DNA from: Candidatus Altiarchaeota archaeon
GTDB lineage: Archaea > Altiarchaeota > Altiarchaeia > IMC4 > SCGC-AAA252-I15
Direction: 5' to 3'
Length of the DNA stretch: 17,541 nucleotides
Assembly: GCA_043804895.1 (NCBI GenBank)
Contig: JAZDIN010000010.1
Span: forward strand, 1 to 17,541
Positions 1 through 7,330 of the stretch are shown here, piece after piece. Numbering within the stretch: the stretch's first letter is position 1; every line of letters starts with the position of its first letter. Below the pieces are notes generated by a model. The model was not told where the DNA came from. It saw only the letters and a program-made list of their open reading frames with translations, and did no database searches. Position numbers and translations under genes: made by a program.

Positions 1-1
1 A

Positions 2-250
2 TTTTATTGTGCTGCACCAGGATTTTGTGGGGTTAAGGTAGGGACTGAGGATAGTACGTGTACCTCAAACTTTGACTGTTTGGGTAGTTCCTCTGGCGGA
101 GGCTCCAGTAGTGGTGGTGCCTCAACGCATGGAGAATGCTACAATCCATACGCTTCATCCGTATGTGTGGCTGTGGATGGTGCGGGTACTGATGAATGTA
201 TCCCCCCAGATGATATACGGTGTCTGACTTATGGTGGCGGCACCGGCTGA
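2..250 (+). CDS. 3' end of a Cys-rich protein (partial, 5' end outside the window)
   Basis: Open frame 2 from the window edge: FYCAAPGFCGVKVGTEDSTCTSNFDCLGSSSGGGSSSGGASTHGECYNPYASSVCVAVDGAGTDECIPPDDIRCLTYGGGTG*, TGA at 248-250. Two 4-Cys units joined by an S/G linker. Not in the ORF track. Confidence 0.8.
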   Translation, partial: FYCAAPGFCGVKVGTEDSTCTSNFDCLGSSSGGGSSSGGASTHGECYNPYASSVCVAVDGAGTDECIPPDDIRCLTYGGGTG

Positions 251-321
251 TTTCTCCAGTCTAGTTTACATCACGTTCTGCACGAACTCATATCCTGGCT
301 TTCATGCTGCCGTGAACTCTC

Positions 322-410
322 TACTACACGCCCTATATTGACATGTAACTGGCTTTCCCGCAGTACCTCCCGTACTCAATGCCTCCTGTGGGGGTGGCGT
401 TCCAGGGTGA
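322..410 (+). repeat. Intermodule direct repeat, copy R1 (degenerate)
   Basis: TACTACACGCCCTATATTGACATGTAACTGGCTTTCCCGCAGTACCTCC matches the 5' half of the repeat consensus (CACACGCCYTGGTATGAAC..GT...TGGCTTTTCCTGCGGCGTCTCC). Confidence 0.55.
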
Positions 411-425
411 CGGCCTATTGTGAGG

Positions 426-749
426 TTATACTGCTACTCCCTCTCTGACTGCCTGCTGCACTATGCAGCGGGATTGTTTCTTCTCCATGAACTCTTCCGG
501 CGTGTACGGTAGCACGTCTATGTCCCTATCAGAATCCCAGAACCTCACAACCTCCTCTATCCTCCTATGCCATCTAACGTCCTTGAATTTCTTCGAGACT
601 AGTATCAGGTCGTAGTCGCTGTATGATTTCTCGGTGCCCTTGGCTCTGGAGCCGAATAGTATGGCCTCGTCGAGCGGGAAATTACTCCTCACTTTGGAGA
701 GGAATTCGGCTAGTTCATCCTTTAGTTGGTGATTTTTTTCTTTATCCAT
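426..749 (-). CDS. Minimal nucleotidyltransferase (MNT) domain protein, partner of the upstream HEPN gene
   Basis: 107 aa; LFGSRAKGTEKSYSDYDLILV = GSx10DxD motif; third Asp in IDVL; start overlaps the 3' end of the HEPN gene. Confidence 0.9.
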   Translation of the reverse strand: MDKEKNHQLKDELAEFLSKVRSNFPLDEAILFGSRAKGTEKSYSDYDLILVSKKFKDVRWHRRIEEVVRFWDSDRDIDVLPYTPEEFMEKKQSRCIVQQAVREGVAV

Positions 750-1070
750 TCTATGACCTCCTCTGCCCTTTGAAGCAGGTCTGAGACGTCCTCCTTACCG
801 TAAAGCTCGTATGGTGCTCCAATGGATGCGTCAGGGTATCTTGTGTCAATGAATTTTGGCGTTAGAGTCCTCAATTGAAAGGTAGGTCAGGGAGTGGGAC
901 TGCGGCACCAGATCCCTGTTTTCGAAGAGATAAAGGGCTTTAAGGCATTTCTCAACAGCCTGCTGGATGAGAAATGCCGCGTTACTGTATCTGCCCTTCT
1001 CGTGGAGTATTTTGGCTGATTCAAGGTCATATAAGCCCTGCTTAAGCCAGACTTCAACGTCCTTATCCAT
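722..1070 (-). pseudogene. HEPN domain protein (PF05168-like), frameshifted near 875-882
   Basis: ATG at 1070 with TATAAA 22 nt upstream. N-part: MDKDVEVWLKQGLYDLESAKIL...QQAVEKCLKAL...HSLTYL. C-part in another frame: LRTLTPKFIDTRYPDASIGAPYELY...EEVIEWIKKKITN*, TAA ending at 722. Span of 349 nt is not a multiple of 3. Confidence 0.85.
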
Positions 1071-1172
1071 CCTAAGACATTCAGCTTCCACATTTATATC
1101 CATGGTCTGAGCTTGAAGTCGCAATATTAGGCACGTGAATTTACTGCCATCTAAGGGGGGGGTTTCATCGCT

Positions 1173-1310
1173 TATGAAATCGTAGCCTGACTTTCCTGCA
1201 GAATCTCCTGATGTCTGGGTTCCTCAGAAGGTGGTGTTCCTCGCGGCTTGGCCTTGGGGGGGTTGTTCTCTGCTGGTGAACAATAGTGTTCATTGGTGGT
1301 GAACAAGTTT
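1173..1310 (+). repeat. Intermodule direct repeat, copy R2 (split by an insert of about 45 nt; tandem dyads intact)
   Basis: TATGAAATCGTAGCCTGACTTTCCTGCAGAATCTCCTGA (1173-1211), then GGGGGTTGTTCTCTGCTGGTGAACAATAGTGTTCATTGGTGGTGAACAAGTTT ending at 1310. Confidence 0.75.
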
Positions 1311-1315
1311 ATAAG
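1308..1315 (+). promoter_or_regulatory. Archaeal TATA box for the ATPase gene (likely leaderless)
   Basis: TTTATAAG ending 23 nt before ATG 1339. Confidence 0.6.
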
Positions 1316-1338
1316 CATGGCCGTCCCTATCACATAAC

Positions 1339-2559
1339 ATGATGCTTAAGGAGACCCTGCGGGGCGTCGTAACGTCTCAGGGGGAGGAGCTTAAGCTCTT
1401 CGACAAAGGCATAGGACGGGAAATATCCCCTCAAATACGGTTGGACACGCCCTTAGCCACGGTCTTGTCAGGCGTTAGAAGGTGCGGTAAGAGCACCCTA
1501 CTTCGGCAGCTTATGGGTAAGGTGGATGGCTTCTACTTCAACTTCGAAGACCCGAGGGTGGTGAAATTCGAGGTTGGGGACTTCCAGAAGCTGGATGAAG
1601 TATTCCATGAGGAATACGGGAGCAGAGACTACTACTTCTTTGATGAGGTACAGAACGTCCAGAAGTGGGAGCTTTTCGTCCGCGCGCTGCTTGACAAAAG
1701 AAAACATGTCACAATAACGGGCTCCAACGCCTCTCTCCTGAGCAGGGAACTGGGGTCACGGCTTACCGGACGCCATCTCAGGCGGGAGCTGTTCCCCTTC
1801 TCATACAAGGAGTTCCTCAAGCTGACTGGCAAGGAAGAGGGCATAAAATCCTTCCAGGAGTATATGACCAAAGGAGGCTTCCCAGAGTACCTGAAAATAG
1901 GCCGAGCCGAAGTGCTTCAAGAACTCCTCAACGACATACTGGTGAGGGACATAGCCGTAAGGCACAAGCTCAGGAACGTCAAAACAATAAGGGAGATGGC
2001 CATGTTTCTCCTCACAAACGTCGGTAAGGAATTCTCCTACACTTCCCTCAAGAAGACGTTCAGCCTAGGCTCAACCAACAGCGTAATATCCTTCGCATCC
2101 TACTTCGAAGACAGCTACCTGCTGTTCACCATAACCCGGTTCGACTACTCCCTGAAAAAACAACTCGTAAGCCCCAAGAAAGTCTACTCCATAGACAATG
2201 GCATGTCAAACACAAACTCCGCCTCCTTCTCGGAAGACAAAGGCAGGATGCTTGAGAACACAGTCTTCCTGAACCTCAGGAAAAAAGACGGGGACATATA
2301 CTACTTCAGGGAAAAAAACGAATGCGACTTCGTAATCAAGCAGGGGACGAAAATCACTGAGGCAATACAGGTATGTTACAACCTAGACGAAGATAACAAG
2401 GACAGGGAAATAAAAGGCCTGACTGAAGCATTGGACAAATTCAACCTAAAACAGGGCCTAATCCTAACATACGACCAGGAGGAGATTCTGAAAATAAGCG
2501 GGAAAACAATACACCTAAAACCAGTCTGGAAGTGGCTTCTGCACTCAACCAGTCCCTGA
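1339..2559 (+). CDS. AAA+ ATP-binding protein (AAA_14 + DUF4143, COG1373-like)
   Basis: 406 aa; Walker A GVRRCGKST, YFNFED, Walker B YFFDEVQ, ITGSNASLLS, LTGR, GGFPE, KKVYSIDNG, ENTVF and ECDFV..IQVC (PD-(D/E)xK-like C-terminus). Confidence 0.92.
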   Translation: MMLKETLRGVVTSQGEELKLFDKGIGREISPQIRLDTPLATVLSGVRRCGKSTLLRQLMGKVDGFYFNFEDPRVVKFEVGDFQKLDEVFHEEYGSRDYYFFDEVQNVQKWELFVRALLDKRKHVTITGSNASLLSRELGSRLTGRHLRRELFPFSYKEFLKLTGKEEGIKSFQEYMTKGGFPEYLKIGRAEVLQELLNDILVRDIAVRHKLRNVKTIREMAMFLLTNVGKEFSYTSLKKTFSLGSTNSVISFASYFEDSYLLFTITRFDYSLKKQLVSPKKVYSIDNGMSNTNSASFSEDKGRMLENTVFLNLRKKDGDIYYFREKNECDFVIKQGTKITEAIQVCYNLDEDNKDREIKGLTEALDKFNLKQGLILTYDQEEILKISGKTIHLKPVWKWLLHSTSP

Positions 2560-2593
2560 AGAAGCGACGATACTATCCCATAAACGTCCGATG

Positions 2594-2602
2594 TTTTATA
2601 TA
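2594..2602 (+). promoter_or_regulatory. TATA box for the Cys-rich gene at 2629
   Basis: TTTTATATA ending 26 nt before the ATG. Confidence 0.5.
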
Positions 2603-2628
2603 CCTAAGGGGCCCATATATTATGTGAT

Positions 2629-4029
2629 ATGGCCGTTGTTCGGGTGAAGAGTGTAGGTTACGGAACCAAAACACTGCTTCTATTCTCAGCCACACTCACA
2701 CTCCTCATAGGCTTAACAGCGCCGTTGACTGCGGCGGTTACAATTTGGCCGATGCAGGTTGAGGACTGTTCTCAGTGTGATTACAACAGTCATGCTGAAA
2801 TGGACTGTTATGAAGGGTGCTTTGAGCTTCTTGGCAGTTGCTGTTGTTGTGATGGTTATTGCGTGGATGGTGTGGTTACCCTAGGCCCGGACGGTCAACC
2901 CACTCAAGGACCGGCTACCTGTTGTCCTGGTAACTATTGTGGTGATAATACTGGCGGTTATACTCCTCCAGAAGGTAATCCTTTCTTTGTCTCTGAAGAT
3001 GCGTGCAAAGTCCATTGTGCGCAGAACTGGTCGTCCTGCGGTGATTTCGGCGACATAAGCGGTATCAATCCAATCACTGGCCAAAAGGACGACTTTATGT
3101 TGAATGGGACTAAAGCCAACAGTTTCTGTGATGACCCTGAGAACTGTGGCAAATCATGCAGTCCCCCGTGCGAGCCAGGCACTGGAAGTCCTTGTTGCTC
3201 TATGCTTTGTACCCTAATGGATGGAGTTGTCTGCCCTCCATGTCCCGGTACTTTTACGCCAAGCAGTGGCACTGACACTGACACCGCCACCTCCGAATCC
3301 TCTTCCCCCAGTTCCGATTCAGGTAGTTCCGACAGCACCAGCAGCGGCCACGGAACCGGCCCCGGCACTGGCACTGATTCCGGCACTGACTCTGGCTCCA
3401 GTTCAGGCACTGACACCACAAGCAGTGAGTCCTCCTCCACGAGCAGCAGCACAAGCGACTCCACCAGCAGCTCCACAAGCTCCTCCAGCAGCGGCGGCAC
3501 GGATTGCGTGTGCCAGAGCACCTGCCCGTCAGGTTTCGCTCCAAGGTGCATCCAACCCGGCCAACCCAACCCCACCGAACCAGGAGCCTACCAAAACGGC
3601 AAATGCGTCTGGACAACAGGCGGCACAGGCGCCACAACCACAACACTACCCGGCGGAGGCAACCCTGAAGGCGATGCCGCCTGTGCGACAGAGTATCCGG
3701 CGGATGATACTCTTCAGGCTGGTGTGTGTAAGGACCAGTACTCGGATTGTTCTAGCCTCTGTGATGGATTCCAGTGGCATGGTTCTAAGAACTGTGATGT
3801 GTATGCTACTGGTACAGAGGGTTGTTGCCAATGCCCAAAGCCTTTCGATTGTGCGACAGAGTATCCGGCGGATGATAACTGTAAGGCTGGTGTGTGTAAG
3901 GACCAGTACTCGGATTGTTCTAGTCTCTGTGGTGGGTTCCACTGGCATGGTGGCAAAAACTGTGACGTGAATATTCTTGGTACAGAGGGTTGTTGCATAT
4001 GCCCGCAACCACTGAAGGTATGCTCCTAG
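2629..4029 (+). CDS. Secreted Cys-rich modular protein with S/T/G linker and tandem 56-aa Cys repeats (C-terminus frameshifted; remnant runs to 4069)
   Basis: Basic N-terminus plus hydrophobic signal (KTLLLFSATLTLLIGLTAPLTAA), Cys-rich N-domain, long Ser/Thr/Gly linker, module CVC..CIQPGQP..KCV, TTTTLP linker, two CATEYP...CCxC repeats. Confidence 0.85.
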   Translation: MAVVRVKSVGYGTKTLLLFSATLTLLIGLTAPLTAAVTIWPMQVEDCSQCDYNSHAEMDCYEGCFELLGSCCCCDGYCVDGVVTLGPDGQPTQGPATCCPGNYCGDNTGGYTPPEGNPFFVSEDACKVHCAQNWSSCGDFGDISGINPITGQKDDFMLNGTKANSFCDDPENCGKSCSPPCEPGTGSPCCSMLCTLMDGVVCPPCPGTFTPSSGTDTDTATSESSSPSSDSGSSDSTSSGHGTGPGTGTDSGTDSGSSSGTDTTSSESSSTSSSTSDSTSSSTSSSSSGGTDCVCQSTCPSGFAPRCIQPGQPNPTEPGAYQNGKCVWTTGGTGATTTTLPGGGNPEGDAACATEYPADDTLQAGVCKDQYSDCSSLCDGFQWHGSKNCDVYATGTEGCCQCPKPFDCATEYPADDNCKAGVCKDQYSDCSSLCGGFHWHGGKNCDVNILGTEGCCICPQPLKVCS

Positions 4030-4069
4030 CATTGAGGGTTGTTGCCAATGCCCACAACCAGGACATTAA
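3682..4069 (+). repeat. 168-bp intragenic tandem repeat: two full units plus a truncated third
   Basis: Unit 1 (3682-3849) and unit 2 (3850-4017) both begin TGTGCGACAGAGTATCCGGCGGATGAT. 4018-4069 matches only the 3' part of the unit (YAPSIEGCCQCPQPGH*). Confidence 0.9.
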
Positions 4070-4146
4070 CCTAATCTACTATAAAATCTCTCCAGGAATA
4101 CCTCTCGCATTAATTCGTCCGTCTCAGCCTGCGTAACCGGGGCCTT

Positions 4147-4206
4147 CACCGTACGCCCGGTATGACCTTGTGTTTTTGACTCTCCTGTCAGCGTCTCCTG
4201 ACATCT
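4147..4206 (+). repeat. Intermodule direct repeat, copy R3 (5' half)
   Basis: CACCGTACGCCCGGTATGACCTTGTGTTTTTGACTCTCCTGTCAGCGTCTCCTGACATCT. Confidence 0.7.
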
Positions 4207-4375
4207 AATAGTCCCTGAAACAGGGAGAGGATTAGGCCGTGTGTGAATTAGTTGGGATTATAAGCGCATTTCCAATGATTAACTGCTATGGCGGAGGGGG
4301 GATATTTTCCCGGTGCTCGCGGTGGTTTTAAAGTCAACCCTGTGACAATAAGTTTAGGGATTGAAGGTGGATTCC

Positions 4376-5351
4376 ATGGGTGCGACTAAGGCGTTGGTTG
4401 TTTTTGACGGCAGGCAGATACGCAGGGTCTGGCATGATAACGGATGGTATTTTTCCGTTGTTGATGTAATAGGAGCCTTAACAGACAGTGTTGATTCGAA
4501 GGATTACTGGTACCGGCTGAAGACAAGGGAATTAGAATCAAGCGGAATCGAGTTATCGACACTTTGTCGACAACTGAAACTGCCATCGGCAGACGGTAAA
4601 AAATACCTAACAGACTGCGCCAACACGGAGTCCATGTTTAGGATTATCCAATCCATACCCTCCAAGAAGGCAGAACCTTTCAAGCGGTGGCTTGCTAGAG
4701 TCGGCTTTGAGCGTGTGCAGGAGATTGAGAATCCTGAACTGGCTCAGGACAGGGCTAAAGGGTATTATGAGTTGAAAGGATACCCGAAAGACTGGGTTGA
4801 CAAGCGGCTTAGGGGCATAGCCATACGGCAGGAGTTGACTGATGAGTGGGGGCAAAGGGGCGTAGACGACAAACAAGGCTACGCGATACTAACTAATGAG
4901 ATATCTCAGGCCACTTTCGACGTGCCGGTGAAAGAGCACAAGAGGCTTAAAGGATTGGACGCTGAAAACAGGAACCAGAACCTCAGGGACCATATGACTG
5001 ATTTGGAGCTTATATTCTCCATGTTAGGTGAAAAAGCCACCACAGAGATATAGCGAATGACATAAGTTGTTGAACTTTGGCTTGTTGGAAATCAGTCAAA
5101 TTTCCATGTCATTCGATATATTCGATAGCAAATGTACATTGTCAAAAGTTCAAATACATTTGCTATCGTCTATAACTCGGGCTAGGAACTCCAATGGATT
5201 CGGCGAATGCCTCCACTCATCAAGGGAAGGCGGGAAGATAGCGAAAAACGCTAGAGTGGAGCTTGAAAAGAAGACCGGCCGCAGAGTCGTAAGCCGAACC
5301 AATTATCTGGGACTGGCGGAACGGAAGAAGCTCAAAAAATATAGCAAATGA
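4376..5351 (+). pseudogene. BRO-N domain / phage antirepressor-like protein interrupted by an insertion
   Basis: FDGRQIRRVW..WYFSVVDVIGAL..YWYRLK..IIQSIPSKKAEPFKRWLARVG..NLRDHMTDLELIFSMLGEKATTEI, then after 124 extra nt TRARNSNGF..GGKIAKNAR.ELEKKTGRRVVSRTNYL. Removing 5051-5174 gives a continuous 283-aa ORF from ATG 4376. Confidence 0.88.
5051..5172. mobile_element. 122-bp MITE-like insertion with TA target duplication
   Basis: TA at 5049-5050 and 5173-5174; ends read TATAG...CTATA; AT-rich; internal inverted repeats at 5048-5063/5106-5121 (15/16) and 5123-5136/5155-5168 (14/14). Confidence 0.75.
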
Positions 5352-5407
5352 TGGAAGTTATTGGACATTCGTCAAATCCTAAATCTACCATCTACTGTCA
5401 TCTGTGT

Positions 5408-5514
5408 CATTCACACCCCTGGTATGAACCGGTGTTTTGGCTTTTCCTGCGGCGTCTCCGGGGGGTTGTTCACTGCCGGTGGATTATGGTGTCTGTTGGT
5501 GGCGGCTGCGTTTA
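5408..5514 (+). repeat. Intermodule direct repeat, copy R4 (full length)
   Basis: CACACCCCTGGTATGAACCGGTGTTTTGGCTTTTCCTGCGGCGTCTCCGGGGGGTTGTTCACTGCCGGTGG. The 3' tail aligns without gaps to R2 up to GTTTA, which overlaps the stop codon of the AbiEii gene. Confidence 0.85.
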
Positions 5515-6441
5515 GTCGGTTAGGATTTTGTTCGCTAGTTTGGTTAGGTATTTTGTCAGTTGTTTTGTGTGTTGTTCGAATTCTTTGTTCAGGGGTTTCA
5601 GGAGTATTTTCTCCTCTTCTCCGAGTTTGAAGGTTGGTGTGGCCGTGGTATTTTGCTGTAGGTTCTGCCTGTATTTCTCGTATTTGAGGATGAACCTGGT
5701 TTTGTCGAGGATCACTGCCTCCAAGTCTTCTGGTTTGACGCCTGTTTCTTTTTGTATCAGGTAGACGTCTATGAAGTCTCTTGCTTTAGTGCCTTTTCTG
5801 GTGAGGATGGCGCGGACTTTCTCGGCTAGTATCTCCCTCAGGTCGTAGGTTCTGACTTTAGGCCGGCTTAAGAGTTCTTTGGCAGCGTCTGGATACAGGT
5901 ACTTGAACTCCTTGACGTCTACGGCTTCGAGGTTGTTTCTAGCCTCCAATGTCTTGAACGGGTACTTGAATTTTTCGACGTAGTTGACTTGTATCTTGAT
6001 GAACTTCTTTGCTTTCAGTTCGACGGAATCGTACCATACCCTGAAGGTGGTGAATTTGTTTCCGCCGCCGAATTCCATGAAATCCCGGTCTTTTTTGTCG
6101 GCCTTGAATTCAAGCGTCAACTTGGCTGATATGGCTTCAAGCTTCTTAGCCAGCCCATTTACCTCCTCAGATAACTGCCGTCGTATCTGTTTTTCGGATT
6201 TTCCTTCGAATTCGTCCTGTCTGGCGTAGCTGAAGTCGAGGTCTTCGCTGAACCGGTAGTATCCGAGGTAACATTTTATGAGGCAGGTGCCGCCCTTAAA
6301 GACGTAATGTGTTCTGAAGTACTCGTCAGCCGTAATCTCCTTCAAGAGCAGGTGCAGGATTATATCCTTCTCGACGAGTGCCGGCTCCTTGACGCCTGTT
6401 TTCCCCGCAAGATAGTCGACGAGCTCTTTTGTAATCTTCAC
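5512..6441 (-). CDS. abiEii: AbiEii/AbiGii-family nucleotidyltransferase toxin (type IV TA)
   Basis: 309 aa; VEKD, FKGGTCLIKCYLGYYRFSEDLDF, EILAEKVRAILTR, KARDFIDVY; GTG start overlaps the upstream TGA (GTGA). Confidence 0.9.
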   Translation of the reverse strand: MKITKELVDYLAGKTGVKEPALVEKDIILHLLLKEITADEYFRTHYVFKGGTCLIKCYLGYYRFSEDLDFSYARQDEFEGKSEKQIRRQLSEEVNGLAKKLEAISAKLTLEFKADKKDRDFMEFGGGNKFTTFRVWYDSVELKAKKFIKIQVNYVEKFKYPFKTLEARNNLEAVDVKEFKYLYPDAAKELLSRPKVRTYDLREILAEKVRAILTRKGTKARDFIDVYLIQKETGVKPEDLEAVILDKTRFILKYEKYRQNLQQNTTATPTFKLGEEEKILLKPLNKEFEQHTKQLTKYLTKLANKILTD

Positions 6442-7067
6442 TTTATGCCCTCCAGGAATTTTTCCACCGATCTGGGGTATCTTCTCGCGTATGCTTCGAG
6501 CTTGCCCTCGGAGCAGTGTTCAAGTATGTCTGAGACCCGTCCAACAACTTCTGACTCGGTCAAACTGTTGTATCTGCTCAGGTATATCATGTCCAACACG
6601 GTCTTTTCTGGGTCCGAGTAGTTCAGCTTGTCCTTCACTATCCCAAAGCCGAAGAGCCTCTTCGAAACCCTGATGAATTTCACCTTATGCCCCAGTATCT
6701 CGAAAGCGTTGGGTCTGCCAATCGAATCGGATATGACGAATGTTGTCGTAAAGTACTCGTGCGTGAGGTTGTTGAGGGAGGCTGCCGTCTCAAGTCCATA
6801 ATACCAGTTTTCTACTTTCTTTAGGGTTAACGCCTTCTTTATCGCCTCCAGATGGTTCACGTCCAGTTTGTCGAGCTTACGCTCTTCAATGGATTTGACA
6901 TAAAATACTCCGCGCATAATCCGCAGAATGTATTTGTTCGCGTTCAAGTACCCTACGGCGGAAAGATACCTTATGTCTGCCTCATCAGACCATAATTTAA
7001 GCTCCTCCCGCGTAATGTATTTTCCGCCTGAGCGTTCGACCTTTTTGACCAATAAACTGTAACTCAT
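6438..7067 (-). CDS. AbiEi-like antitoxin / transcriptional regulator
   Basis: 209 aa; N-terminal wHTH-like region ending RIMRGVFYV, WYYGLETAASLNNLTHE, YSDPEKTVLDMIYL; translationally coupled to AbiEii. Confidence 0.8.
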   Translation of the reverse strand: MSYSLLVKKVERSGGKYITREELKLWSDEADIRYLSAVGYLNANKYILRIMRGVFYVKSIEERKLDKLDVNHLEAIKKALTLKKVENWYYGLETAASLNNLTHEYFTTTFVISDSIGRPNAFEILGHKVKFIRVSKRLFGFGIVKDKLNYSDPEKTVLDMIYLSRYNSLTESEVVGRVSDILEHCSEGKLEAYARRYPRSVEKFLEGIK

Positions 7068-7068
7068 C

Positions 7069-7109
7069 TTAAACCATAAGTATATATAATTTATACATAT
7101 ATGATTTAA
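7069..7109. promoter_or_regulatory. Inverted repeat over the TATA box of the first AbiE operon (candidate autoregulatory operator)
   Basis: TTAAACCATA...TATGATTTAA arms (9/10) with inner GTATA/TATAC; minus-strand TATAAA at 7090-7095, 22 nt from the ATG. Confidence 0.55.
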
Positions 7110-7117
7110 AATACAAA

Positions 7118-7216
7118 TATATAACTGTTAATCCTGGCTCTGCACAACCCCCATCACCCACAGATACCCCATCCTCTGCCGGTGAACAAAGGTATTCACT
7201 GTCAATGAACACCTTT
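7118..7216 (+). repeat. Intermodule direct repeat, copy R5 (dyad half conserved)
   Basis: TATAACTGTTAATCCTGGCT, then CTCTGCCGGTGAACAAAGGTATTCACTGTCAATGAACACCTTT (7174-7216). Confidence 0.7.
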
Positions 7217-7330
7217 CATAGGTTTTGTGCGTATCAGCTGGTGGGGGTGGTTTTATTATGGATTGTGCTGCCTGAGAGGTGGTTTCTGCTGTCTCAGCCG
7301 TTATTTTTATCCCCCTTCCTATCTTAACTG

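Noticed and set aside
2881-4032. Antisense and alternate-frame ORFs over the Cys-rich genes (also 14742-15769, 16114-16482, 16875-17523)
   Set aside because: Shadows of low-complexity or repetitive coding sequence with no independent motifs.
3682-4069. Diversity-generating retroelement TR/VR pair
   Set aside because: The repeats are tandem and in-frame, the mismatches are not adenine-specific, and no reverse transcriptase is present.
4212-4226. Hairpin TCCCTG-AAA-CAGGGA (and GGGG-TTTT-CCCC near 8168) as terminators
   Set aside because: Short stems, and the first is far from any stop codon; evidence is insufficient.
5051-5053. Pyrrolysine/selenocysteine or other readthrough at the early stops (TAG 5051, TAG 4027, TGA 16553, TGA 846)
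   Set aside because: In every case the homologous continuation is in a different frame.
5341-5350. ATAGCAAATG shared between the BRO 3' end and the insert (5125-5134)
   Set aside because: A 10-nt AT-rich match that could be chance.
5067-5351. Independent 94-aa gene
   Set aside because: Its 5' part is the MITE-like insert and its 3' part is the BRO C-terminus.
7144-7250. Loose inverted repeat flanking the R5 dyads
   Set aside because: Gapped and low-complexity (C/A-rich versus G/T-rich), so compositional skew can explain it.
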